From the NCBI GenBank assembly GCA_014905635.1, contig CM026547.1:1612001-1676000 (forward strand): 64,000 nt of DNA, read 5' to 3'. Within the stretch, counting starts at the first letter, position 1. Every line of letters begins with the position of its first letter. The notes beneath the pieces were generated by a model that saw only the letters and a list, made by a program, of their open reading frames with translations, was not told the origin of the DNA and did not search any database. This DNA comes from Scenedesmus sp. PABB004 (Eukaryota). A program made the translations under genes and the position numbers. Below are positions 1 to 11,293 of this stretch, piece by piece.

Positions 1-82
1 GCGTCGCGCGCCTCGCCCCTGGCCCCCGGCCCGCCCGCCCCGGCCGACGCGCCGCCCGCCCCGCGCGTGTGTGTGCTGCCAG

Positions 83-3000
83 GTTGACCTGGCCAAGGTG
101 GAGCGCTTCATCCAGCGCATCGGCGCCTACGAGGACACGATCTTCCAGAAGCGCATGCGCCTCCTCGCACGGCACGCGCGCACCCGCCACACCCGCCGCC
201 ACCGCGCGTGCCCGGGCGGGGGCCCCGCCTCGGCGCGCGCGGCCGCCCACGCGCGCCGCCGCTCGCCGCCGCCGCGCAGGCAGCGCGACCGGCTGAAGCA
301 CCAGCAGGCCGCCGACCGCGCGCGCCGCTCCAAGGCCAAGCGCAAGTACATCGGCGCCGACGGCGCGGCGCCGAGCGCGGAGGTCGCGGACCGCCTCGCG
401 CCCGCGGCGGCGGCGGCCTGATGGCGGTCAAAGACCTCGCCCGCCACAAGCTCGACTTCTCAGGTGCGGCGCCAGCCCTGCGCCGCGCGCCCGTGTGCGC
501 AGCGTGACCGCCCACGCGGGGGTGCCCTGGGGCGGCGCCAGCCCCACCGCGCGGCGCGAGCCCCGCCCACCGTGCGCCGCGCGCTGCGCTCGCGCCGCAC
601 AGGCTCCAAGGGCCCGCACGCGCCGGGCCACCTGCGCTTCACGGACGAGGGCCAGGCCGTCGCCGGCAGCATCGGCGGCGTCGGCGCGGCGCCGCCGGGG
701 CTGCGGCCCTCGGCCGCCGCGAGCAACAAGTCGGCCGCGCAGCTCCTGCGCGAGCGACTCAAGGGCGGCGGCAGCGGCACCGCTGGCGCCGCCGGCGGCG
801 ACGCCAAGCCCGCCGCCGACGGCCCGGAGGTCAAGCAGGAGCCGGCCGACGGCGGCGACGGGGCGGCGCCGCCCGCGGCGCGGCGGCGGTCAAGCCCGAG
901 CCCGGCGCCGCCGCCGAGAACGGCGGCGGCGGCGCGGCCAACGGCGCCGCCGCCGGCGCGGGCTCCGGGTCGGACGACGCCGCCACGCCCGGTGAGCCGC
1001 TGCCCAAGCGCGCCAAGGTCGACACGCCGCCGCCGGCGGACGCGGCCGACCGCGAGATGGCCACCCCCGGCGCCGAGGCGGACGCCGCGGCGGCGGGCGC
1101 GGCCGACATCGCCGCCGCCGGCGGCGGGAGGCCGGCGCGGGCGTGTCCGACGCGGAGGTGCTGGCGGTCGTGGCCGGCGGCGACCTGGTCGACGGCGAGG
1201 AGGAGGAGGCGGAGGAGGAGGACGAGGCGGACGACGACGACGACGACGAGGAGCCGCCCGTGGCCGACGCGGCGGCGCTGAAGCGCGTCGGGGCGCCGCC
1301 GCTGCCGCTCGGGCCCGGCGGCGCGCCGCTCGCGGCGGCGGACGCCGAGGCGATGGCCGAGTTCAAGGAGCACATTGAGGACCTGCTTAAGGGCCGCAGC
1401 GACCGGCTGGAGGAGAGCGCAGAGGCGGAGCAGAAGATCCGGCTCGGCGAGGCCGGCTGGAAGGCGCGGTGAGGGCCCAGGGGCGGGGCCGACCGGAGTG
1501 TGGCGGCGCCGGCGGCTGCCGCAAGCTCTCCCCTCCCCCCCTTCCACCCTCTGCACTCACCCACCCACCCACCCACCCACCCACCCACCCACCCACCCAC
1601 CCACCCACCCACGCAGGTACTACCAGGAGAAGATGGGCGCCGCGCCGGAGGAGCAGGGCCCCATCATCGCGGCTATCGTGCGCGCGTACGTGGAGGGGCT
1701 GTGCTGGGTCATGGCCTACTACTACGAGGGCGTCGCGAGCTGGGAGTGGTGCGCGGCCGGCCGCCGCCGCGCCCCCGCGCCGCGCCGCGCACTCGGCGGC
1801 CGCGCGCGACGCCGCTCGCCAGCCGCACTCGCACCCTTCAAACCCTCGCAAGCCTCTCAACCCCTAAACCTGAACCCTGACCCCCCACCTAAAACCTGCC
1901 GCCGCCGCCAGGTTTTACCCCTACCACTACGCCCCCTTTGCGAGCGACCTGACCGGCCTCGCCTCGCTCGACATCAAGTTCTCCATCGGGCGGCCCTTCA
2001 GCCCCTTCAACCAGCTCATGGGCGTGCTGCCCGCCGCGAGCAAGCACGCGCTGCCAAAGCCCTTCCAGTGCGCGCGCCGCCCGCGCGCCGCCGCCGCCCC
2101 CGCGCGCTCACAGAGCGAGCAAGCCCTCAACGCGCTGCTCCCCGTGCCTCCCGCCCTCCCTGCTGCCCTCCCGCGCTCCCCCTCTGCAGGTGGCTGTTTG
2201 ACGACCCCACCAGCCCCATCCTCGACTTTTACCCCAAGAAGTTCCTCGTGGACATGAACGGCAAGCGCTTTGCCTGGCAGGGCGTCGCGCTGCTGCCCTT
2301 CATCGACCAGGACCGCCTGCTCGACGCGACAAACGCGCTGCTCGACCAGCTCAGCGACGAGGAAAAGTTCATGTGCGCCGCGCACAGAGCCCGCCGCCAC
2401 CGCCGCCGCCGCCGCCGTGTGCTGCTGCGCCGCCGCGCGGCCGCTGTGCGCGCGCGCGCGCGCCGGCGCCCGCGTGCACAGCACGGCCGCCGCCGCCCAC
2501 GCGCCGCCCGCCGCTGCGCCGCGTGCCGCGCCACAGGAACAGCCACCGCACCGAGGTGCTGTACGTGCACAACAGCCACCCGCTCGCGGCCACGATCGGC
2601 GCGCTCGCGGCGCGCTGCGCGGAGCTGTCGCCGGGCAGCCGCGCGGCCGCGCCGGGCGAGCCGCTGGACGCCGAGGCGTCGCGCGGCGTGTCGGGGCTGC
2701 TGCTCGCGCTGGAGGAGACCTGCCCGCCCGTCGCACGCGCGCCGTTTGGGCTGGGCGCCGACGTGACGGACAACGCCGTCCTCGCCGCGACCTACAAGCT
2801 CCCGCCGCACCGGCAGCACCAGTGCCGCCTGCTCGAGGGCACGTGCCTGCCCGACCCGAGCGTGCGCATGGAGGACCTGCCGCCCGAAAAGACGCTCTGG
2901 CACGAGGAGGGCGGCCGCGGCGGCGGGCGCGGCGGCGGCCGCGGCGGCGGCCGCGGCGGCGGCCGCGGCGGGCGCGGCGACTACGCGCACGGCGGCAGCC

Positions 3001-3625
3001 CCGGCTACGGGGCGCAGGACTACGGCAGCGGCAGGGGCGGCTCGCCCGGCGGCTGGCCCGGCGGCGGCGGCTGCGGCGGCGGGCCCGGCGGGCCCATGCC
3101 CGGCGCGCCGGGCGGCTACGGCGCGCCGCCCGGCGGCCAGCAGCCGTGGCAGCGCGTGCTCGGCCACCACCTGCCGCAGCACGGCGGCGGCGGTGGCTGG
3201 CAGGCGCCCGGCGGCGGCGCGCCGGCGGTGGTGCAGGTGCCGGTCGGCGGCTACGGCGGCTACGGCGCGCCCGCGCCGCTCGGCATGCAGCCGGGCGTGC
3301 GGCCGATGATGGCGGGCCAGTACGGCTGGGCGCCGCTGCCCGGCGGCTACGGCGGGGCGCCGCCCGGCCGCGGCGGAGGGTCGTTCTACGACTCCATGCG
3401 CGGCGGGGCGCCGCCGATGCAGGGGCCGCCGCCGATGCAGTACGGCGGGCAGCCCCAGGTGGTCATCGGCTACGGCGGCCTGCCGCCGATGGGCGGCGGC
3501 GGCCCGCAGTTCCAGCACCCCCACCAGCAGTTCCAGCAGCTGCAGCTGCAGCCGCAGGGCTACGTGGCGGCGCCAGGCGGCGGGCCCGCGCTCGCGCCGC
3601 GGCCCTGGATGCAGCCGGGCGCGGC

Positions 3626-3657
<32 letters not shown>

Positions 3658-3725
3658 CGCCGCCGGGCAATCGCTACGCGCCGCTCCAGCGCGACCCGCG
3701 CGCCGGGCGGGGGCGGGGCTACTGA
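83..3725 (+). CDS. XRN2: 5'-3' exoribonuclease, XRN2/Rat1 family (plant XRN3/XRN4-like); 3' part of a multi-exon gene whose 5' end lies outside the window
   Basis: Spliced exons give [118 protein letters not shown], which are hallmark XRN motifs. Stop at 3723-3725. There are three apparent 1-nt frameshifts in the poorly conserved insert (~410, ~875, ~1130). Confidence 0.93.
1555..1611. repeat. (CCAC)n microsatellite in an XRN intron
   Basis: Directly visible tetranucleotide run just before the acceptor at ~1616. Confidence 0.95.
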
Positions 3726-3957
3726 GCGGGGACGGACGGGAGGAGGGGGGGGGGGGGGGCAGCAACGGCGTGACGCGAGAGAGGGGGCCGGGGGCGGGGG
3801 GGGGGGGCGTCACTTGATCGTCGGCTGCCGCCACTGCGCGGGCTCCCAGGCCCGCGGCGCGAGCTCCCAGGCCCGCCCGACCGCAGCGCGCCGAGGTGTA
3901 ACGAACCCTCGCCTTGCGCGGTCTCGTTTACCGAAACGTCGGACCCCGCGCGCGCGC

Positions 3958-5869
3958 TCACGCGCGCTGCAGCGCGGCGACCGTCCCGGCGCGCTCGAGC
4001 GTCCACGCCCGCCGCAGCTGGGCCGCGAGCGCGCCGTAGCCGCGCGCCTGGAGCAGCGCGAAGAGCTCCGCGTTGTGGGGCTCGAAGAAGGCCGCCAGGT
4101 CCTGGAACAGCGCGGGCGGCAGCGAGCCGGTCGGGTAGGAGCGCTCGTGGAGCTTCTTGAAGCCGCCGTCGTCGGGCTTGGTCAGCGCGGGGTCCAGGCC
4201 CAGCCAGGCCACCAGCTGCGGCACGGGCGCGGGGGGTCGCGCACGGCGGCTGCCGCCAGCACGTCGCGCGCGCGCGCGCGCGCGGGCGGCGCGCGCGCGC
4301 GCCCCGCGCCGCACCTGCTCCATGTGCTCGCGCGGCCGCTCCTCAAACGCGTTGGACGACTGCGCGGACGGGCGGCCGGAGGGCGGCGGGCGGCGCGCGT
4401 GAGCGCTGCGGCGCGGCACGCGCCCGCGCGGCACCGCTGCGCTGCGGCGCCTCACCCAGAGCAGCAGCTGCTCCGCCGGGAAGTGTGCCAGCCAGCGCGC
4501 CAGGTGCACGGCGTACAGGCCGACGTGTATGTGCAGCACCCTGCAGGCGAAGCAGCGGGGCACGCGGCGCGTGAGCGAGTGAACTCAGCGCGGGGCGCCG
4601 GCGGGCCCGTCCCCGCGAGCGCGCGGCACGGGCTCACCCCTGCAGCGTGCCGGTCGGGCTGAACACGCACTGGTCAACCTGCTCGTGCATCGGCCGCCCC
4701 GGATCGACCTGGGCGAAGCACGCGCGCAGCGTGCGCAGCTGCCTGCGGCGGCAGAGGCGGCAGAGGCGGCGGCGGCGGCGGCGGCGGGGCTCGCGGCGAG
4801 GCCGCGGTGCGGCGCCGCCGGGGGCGCGCGCAGCGGGGCCTGCACACAGCACCCCCCCCCCCCCCCGCGCGCGCGCGCACCCCGTGAGCTCGCGCATGAC
4901 GTAGGCCTGCCACGCGGCGTTGTACTCGGGCGTGCCCTCCACGAGCGCCGCGTGCGCGGGCGCGCGCTGGAAGAGCATGTTGACGCTGCTCAGCGCGCGG
5001 CTCACGGGCTCGCGCAGCAGCGCCACCAGGCGCGCCTGCGGCAGCAGCGCCCTGACGTTGCCCGCCGCGTTGGGGTGGGCGAGGTACATCGCCGTCGCCT
5101 CCATGCGCACGAGGCCGGGGCGGCTCGCCGCCGTGAGCCCCGCCGCGGCGGGCCAGCTGCAGCGCCCCTGGAGCGGGCTGTCGGCGGTCGCGTTGACGCC
5201 CGGGAAGCTGGCAAAGTAGGTGCGCTGCTGCTGCGGGTTGCGCACGTGCGCGGGCTGCTTGTCAAAAAAGTGCAGCTCCTTGGTCACGTGCGCGCCGATG
5301 ATGGCCGGGTGGAACCTGCGACACGATGCGACGGTGGCGGCGGGGGTGCTCCCAGCTGCTGCGTGCGGGCTCTGGCGCAGCTTGCCGCGCGCCGGCTGCG
5401 AGCAGCTGTGCGGTGCCAGCCAGCGCTGGCCGCGGCGCCCGCACCGCGGGGTGAAGTCGACGTGCGACTTGGTGCCGTTGGCGTAGTGCACGGCTGGCTG
5501 TGAGCCGTTGAGGTAGTGGAAGAGCGCCGTGGTGCCGCCCTTCATCACGCCGATGACCAGCAGCTGGGGCACGCACGCGAGCGGGTCGAGCGACGGCGCG
5601 GCGCCGACCAGCGCCGGCGGCAGCCACTCGCCGCCGCCGCCGCCAGCTGCGTCCGGCGTCCCCGGGCCAAGCCGGCGGCCGCCCGCGAGACCCCCGCCGC
5701 TCGCTGGCCAGCGCGCGGGCAGCAGCAGACTGCCGTAGCCCGCCACCAGCAGCGCGCAGGCGATGAGCGCGTTCCGCAGGCGAGGGCTGATCCCCAGAGC
5801 AGCTCGACGCTCCCAGTGTCGCAGGCGAGCGCCCCAGGAGCCCCCGTCCTTGCTGGCCCGCGGCGCCAT
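3958..5869 (-). CDS. Membrane-anchored sulfotransferase, heparan-sulfate 3-O-sulfotransferase-like (multi-exon)
   Basis: N-terminal TM (ALIACALLVAGYGSLLL), 5'-PSB motif PQLLVIGVMKGGTTAL, KELHFFD, EATAMYL, 3'-PB motif LLREPVSRALS, GLYAVHLARWLAHFP, and C-terminal LAAFFEPHNAELFALL. Confidence 0.85.
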
Positions 5870-6280
5870 CGAGCACGCGGCAAACGCGCGGCGAGCTAGT
5901 GCGCGCGGAGCTGCCGGCAGCTCGCCATCACGCTCTGCGAGCTCAGAGCCACCTCCGGGGCAGCTGGACGGGCTGCTTGGAAGAGCGTGGATTGGAGGGG
6001 GCTGGCTGTTTGCGGGCGGCGGGCGGCGGCGGGCACACGGAGGCGCTCTCTCTCGCGGTCGGCTCGTTGCACAGGTCGATGTACAGGCACGACAATCGCC
6101 CAGCCAGCCCGGGGAGCCAGCCCGCGGCGGCGCGCGCACCGTGACGCCAACCGCGGCGCGTCTCAACCGCAACCGCCGCGGCGCTCGCGGGCCGAGTTGA
6201 TGTACACACACAGACGCCGCCCACACGTGGTCTCGCCAACCAGCCGTCGCGTTGCAGCGACGCCCCCTCGCCCGTGGGCG

Positions 6281-8432
6281 TCACGACACGCCGGGCCCCG
6301 GCACGCCGCTGCTGCTGCCGCCGCCGCCGCCGGCGCGGTGCGCCCGCCGGCTGCTCGCTGCGCCGCCCGCGCCGCCCGCGCCGCCCGCGCCAGCAGCAGC
6401 TGCGCTGAGCCCGTGCTCCGACGGCAGCAGCGCGCGCGTGTGCTCCACCTCGTCCGGGTCTGACGTCGGCAGCGGCGCGTGCCGGCTCCTGCGCCGCGCA
6501 GCGCGCGCGGTGCGGCGCGTCGGGCGGCGGCGGGGCGTCTCCAGGGCGCCTGCAGCCGGCCAGGCGCGTCGGCCCGCGCTGGCTGGGCGCGGGGCAGCCG
6601 CCGCAGCGCGGCGCGCGCGCGCGCGCGCCAGCGCACCCGCCCGCGCCGCCGCCCGCGCCCAGCATCTGGAACAGCGTGCCGGGCGTCTGCACCAGCCCCT
6701 GCGCCGTCTTGACCAGCGCCGCCTTGCCCGTCTCCGCCGTCGACTGGAGGTGCTCCTCCAGCACGCCTGCAGCGCGCGCGGCGGGCGCGGCGGGCTCGGC
6801 ACGCTCGGCGGGCGCTGCGCGCTCGGCGGCGCGCGCCCGGGCGCGGGCGGCCCGCCTCGCCGCCGCGCGGCGCCGCACCCTGCACGTCCACCACGACGTC
6901 GCGCAGGTCAAACATGTAGCGCACGTTGGTGAAGAAGCCCTTGGTGGGGATGTTGGGGTCGATGTAGTCCTGCAAGCGGCGCGCCGCGGGCGCAGGGCGC
7001 GCGCGTTGGTGCACAGCCGACGGGGGGCGGGGGGCTCGCGCGGCGCGCGCGGGGCAGGGCACGGGCGCCGCAGCGGCAGCGCCGGCGGCGGCGCCGGCGG
7101 CGGCGCGGCAGCGCGGGCAGCACGGCGGCGGCGCGTCGCACCCGTGGCGGGAATGCGTACGCGTGCGCGAGGGCGGCAAGGAACATTTCGATGCAGATGA
7201 GGAAGTCCTGCAGGCCCTCGGCCACGTCGGTGGCGGTGTAGGTGGTGAACTGCTCGTTCACCTGCGCGCGGGGGCGCGGGGCGCGGGGCGCGGGGCGCGG
7301 GGGCGCGGGGCCGCGGGTCAGGGCGGGCGCAGGGCGCGCGCCCTAGCAGGGCGCGCCGCCGCGCGCAGCAGGGCGCCGTTGCCGCGCGCGCCGCCGCCGG
7401 GCGTGCGTCCGCGCGCCGCGCGCCCCGGCGCGCCTTGATGGCGCCGACCGCGACGAGTATGTTGAGCGCGAGCCCCTGCCAGAAGGTGAGGAAGACGACG
7501 GCCTTGATGCAGAGGAACTTTGCGAGCGGGCGGATGGGCGCGAGCTCGTCCTTGAAGGCGTGGTAAAACATTATGAGGCAGTACAGCGCCCACATCTGGC
7601 AGGGGGGCAGCGGGTGGGCGTGGGGGTGCGGGCGGCGGCGGGGCAGCGGAGGGCCGGAGGAAGGCAGGGGAGGCCAGGCGAGGGCGGCGGCGGGCGGGCG
7701 CGGGCGGGTGGCGCGCGGGTGGCGCGCCTGCGAGACGTTGGTGGCCATGGTGAGGTAGGGGTAGGCCTTGCGCGGCGACCAGTCGCCCTCCGCGTACGCG
7801 CCAAACGGGCTCGTCACGAGCGCGAGCGCCGTGCACAGCGGGCGCATGATCACGTAGCTCGTCACGCCCTGCGACCGAGGTGTGCGCGGCACGCACGCGC
7901 GTTCGGCGCGCGCCGCGCCCACCCCGTCCCGCCCCGCCCCGCCGCGCGCCCCGCGCCGCCGCGCCGCCGCCCCCCGCACGCCCGGCTGCCCCACGCGCCC
8001 CCGCCGCGCCGCGCCCGGCCGCCCTGCCTTCTTGGTCTCCCAGATGTACTCCTGGCCCATGCGCCAGGGCGGCAGGCAGCGGTCAAAGGGCGGGAGGTGC
8101 TTGATGGGCGCCTTGGCCTCGAGGTGCTCCGCGACGAGGCCGAGCTCGTCCTCGAGGTAGTTGGTGAGGTAGGTGTAAAAGTTGTAGATCACATACGCCT
8201 CGTAGATCTCACGCACCGGGTCGAGGTACGCGCGCGCGTCCTTGAACCGCAGCGCGAGCCACGCGTCGACGCTGTAGATGGGGACCATCCACAGGATGCG
8301 GATGACGTGGCGCTGCAGCCGCGGGCGCGTGTAGTACTCGGTGTGCATCGCGACCTGGCGCGGCGCGCGGCGCGTCGGCTCGAGCGCGGGCAGCGGCGCG
8401 CAGCCTGCCGCGCCTGCGCCTGCGCCTGCTCG

Positions 8433-8473
<41 letters not shown>

Positions 8474-8914
8474 TTGTGGGAGCGGGCTGCCGCCGCCGCC
8501 GGCGCCGCCGCAGCGCCCGCCGCCGACAGCGGGGACAGCGGGCGCGCCGCTGTCGGCGCCGCGCCGCGCTGCTGGCGTGCCGGCCCGCTGCCGCGGCGCG
8601 TGTGCGGGCGTGGGGCGCCTCCCTGGCGCTCCCTGAGCCCCGCCAGCGGCGCGCGCACCTCGTAGACGGCGATCGGGATGGTGAGCACGACGAACAGGCC
8701 CGCGATGAACCATGCTGCGGCGCGGGCGGCCGCGCTGGCTCGCCCAGGCGTGCAGCGCGGCGCAAGGGGCAGCTCAGCGGTGCGCCGCACCCTGGTAGTG
8801 CGGGGAGAAGCCTTGGTTCTTGAACTCCCAGAAGATAAGCGGCAGCGCGCACAGGGTGGCCGTGGTGAGCACCCACCAGAACACCCGGAACACCCGCCGG
8901 AACGGCCACGCCAT
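6281..8914 (-). CDS. TMEM184: TMEM184 / OST-alpha / LAZ1-family transmembrane protein (about 9 exons)
   Basis: AWFIAGLFV, IRILWMVPIYSVDAW, REIYEAYVIYNF, SQ|MWALYCL, KFLCIKAVVFLTFWQG, GLQDFLICIEMFLAALAHAYAF. ATG at 8914 (MAWPFRRVF). Confidence 0.92.
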
Positions 8915-9147
8915 GGCAGGCTAGCTGGCGGCCGGGCACATGCGCGCCCGGCGCGCGCGCGGCAGCAGCAGCGGCGGCGCTCGGCGTGGCTGGGGGCAGC
9001 GGCGAGGCGGCCTGCCGATCCCGGCGCAGGGGTGGGCGCTGTACGGGGCTCGCCACCAGCGGCGGGCCGGCTGATGGGCGCGTGCGCACGTGTCGTGACG
9101 CCCTGCGCCGGGGTTCAACCACGCTCGCTCACCATCAGCCGCACAGA

Positions 9148-9226
9148 GACGTCGTGGCCGAGCGGTCCAAGGCGCTGGAGTAAGGTTCCAGTCCGAAAGG
9201 GCTTGGATCAAATCCCGTCGACGTCA
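9148..9226 (+). pseudogene. tRNA-Leu(AAG) copy with a damaged T-arm (probable pseudogene)
   Basis: GACGTCGTGGCCGAGCGGTCCAAGGCGCTGGAGTAAGGTTCCAGTCCGAAAGGGCTTGGATCAAATCCCGTCGACGTCA. Acceptor, D and anticodon arms are intact (AAG at 9182-9184). The T-arm reads TTGGATCAAATCCCG versus GCGGGTTCAAATCCCG in the sister copy, so the B-box is broken. Confidence 0.7.
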
Positions 9227-9263
9227 CGATCACAATAACAGCCACCCCGTACGGCGGAGTACG

Positions 9264-9268
9264 TTTTT
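9264..9268 (+). terminator. Pol III T-tract terminator of the left tRNA copy (mirror AAAAA at 11136-11140 for the right copy)
   Basis: TTTTT about 40 nt after the tRNA 3' end in otherwise very GC-rich DNA. Confidence 0.6.
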
Positions 9269-10934
9269 GTGGGCGCTGGGTGGGTGTGGAGGTGGAGGCG
9301 CTTCACCTGCACGCAGCCGGTGGGCCTGGAGACACGGACCCTGCATTTACACCACGTTACATGCGACACCGGTCGACAGTCGGCCCCGTCGCGCGCCACG
9401 CCCGTGGGGCGGCGGCAGCTCGGTCAACGTGCGGGCGCCGTTGATCTGCGGCAGCCGCGCGCGCCGCGCCCCGCCCTCGCCGCTGCGCCGCGCCGCGCCC
9501 CGCGCCGCGCCGCGTCGGCTCGCCTCCCTTGGGTCGCCTCGCCTCGCCCCCCCCCTCGCGCACGGGGTGCCCGCGGCAACGTGGGCGTTGCCCACGACCA
9601 CGTTGCAGCCGCCGGGGCGCGGGCTCACAAAGAACGCGTGACGACCCTGCCGTGCTGAGGGTTCAGCCGTGCTGGGTGCAAACTGGGTTGGGGCCTGGTG
9701 GGTGGGAGGGAGGGGGCGGGGGGCCGCAGCACGCAGCAAACAGCGCGCGCGCGCGTGCGGCAGTTGCGCAGCGCGCGCCCGCGCACGCGGCCGCTGACCA
9801 GCAGGCCGGAGTCGAGCATGTATGACCTGATGATCAGCGGCCGGGTGCGCGAGCGCGCGCCGCGCATGCGGTGCGCAGCGCCGCAGGCAGGCGGATGTCG
9901 GCCAGCACGCCGTGCAGCCCGCTGCGCCACGCGCCCTGCGCCCACAACGTGGCCGCCCACGCGGCGCGCCGCGCAGGCGGGCAGCCCCCCTCCGCGCACG
10001 TGGTGCGCCTCCGCCGGCGGAGGCGCGGCGGCGCCGCCGCGCTCAGAGCGTCCGCGCCGGCGTCGTCCCGGGCGGCCGCCGTGCAGCATTGATCGCGCCG
10101 CAGACCCGCTAAGTCAAGCACGGTCGACCCCAGCGGCGCCCAGCGCACCAAGCTGCGCCTAGATGACCGGCACGCGCGACGTCATCGTCATCGCGCCGTG
10201 CTGAGCCGCTGACCGACGCGAGGACGCGGGCGGCGGCGCACCCGCGGCTGCTTTCGCGCCTGCGCCTGAACGTCCCGCCCCCGGCACGCGCATCACCTTG
10301 CGGCGCCGCGCGCCCGACGGCGTGCACGGACGACGGCGCGGGTGTGGGTGCGGCGCGGCACGCGGGCAGCGGTGGTGCGGCCCGGGGGGTGAGCCTGGGT
10401 GCGTCGTTTGTGCGCGTCCAGCAGCGCGCGCGCGGGCGGGAAGCGGGCGGTCAGAAACGAGGGCGCGCCCCTGCAAGGCGTGGAGCCGGCGCCCGCGTCG
10501 GCGTCGTGCCGCGCGGCCGGGCACAGCATGACGCGACGTTCGCGAGGGCGGGCGACGCGTTGTCCGGCACGCGCCGCGACGCCGCCGCGCCGCGCGCACC
10601 TGCCGGCCGGTCGGGCGTCGGGCGTCGGGATAGGCCCGACCGGCCAGCAGGGCGTGGACGCGATCGCGGCCGGCCTGGCCGAGCCGCTGCGCGCGACCAC
10701 CCCCGCGGCGCGCAGGGGCCGGCGGTGCTCCCCGCGCTGCGCGGCGCCGACGCCGAGTGCCAGGTGCGGGGGCGTGGGGGCTGGTGGTGTTGTTGCGAGG
10801 CGCGGCGGGGGGAGTGAGGGAGTAGGGGAGCGGCGCGGCGGCGCGGGGCGCAGCGCGCAGCGCGGCGCGGGGCGCGGCGCGGCGGTCAGCAGCGCGGCGC
10901 GGCGCAGCTGCGAGGGCGGGGCAGGGCGGGGCGA

Positions 10935-11293
10935 GCGCGGCGCGCGCGGCTGCCGCAGATCAACGGCGCCCGCACGTTGACCGAGCTGCCGCCGCCCCAC
11001 GGGCGTGGCGCGCGACGGGGCCGACTGTCGACCGGTGTCGCATGTAACGTGGTGTAAATGCAGGGTCCGTGTCTCCAGGCCCACCGGCTGCGTGCAGGTG
11101 AAGCGCCTCCACCTCCACACCCACCCAGCGCCCACAAAAACGTACTCCGCCGTACGGGGTGGCTGTTATTGTGGTTTTAGATTGAATGACGTCGACGGGA
11201 TTTGAACCCGCGCCCTTTCGGACTGGAACCTTACTCCAGCGCCTTGGACCGCTCGGCCACGACGTCTTCCCGTCTGTGCGGCTGATGGTGAGC
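10935..11293 (-). repeat. Right arm of the inverted duplication (partner 9127-9469)
   Basis: Reverse-complement match to the left arm, with small indels immediately 5' and 3' of the tRNA. Confidence 0.93.
11187..11266 (-). tRNA. trnL-AAG: tRNA-Leu(AAG)
   Basis: Reverse complement GACGTCGTGGCCGAGCGGTCCAAGGCGCTGGAGTAAGGTTCCAGTCCGAAAGGGCGCGGGTTCAAATCCCGTCGACGTCA. It has a perfect 7-bp acceptor stem, anticodon stem CTGGA/TCCAG with AAG, a class II variable arm, a GGTTCAAATCC B-box, discriminator A, and an AT-rich TATA-like 5' flank (11307-11317). Confidence 0.92.

Larger units (their letters stand above)
9127..9469 (+). repeat. Left arm of ~350-bp inverted duplication (partner 10935-11293)
   Basis: Near-identical reverse complement of 10935-11293. 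ORFs 9208..9399(-) and 11005..11205(+) translate identically over about 55 aa. Confidence 0.93.

Noticed and set aside
9520..10870. Protein gene or transposase between the inverted arms
   Set aside because: No coding-like exon, motif or consistent splice pattern was seen in any frame.
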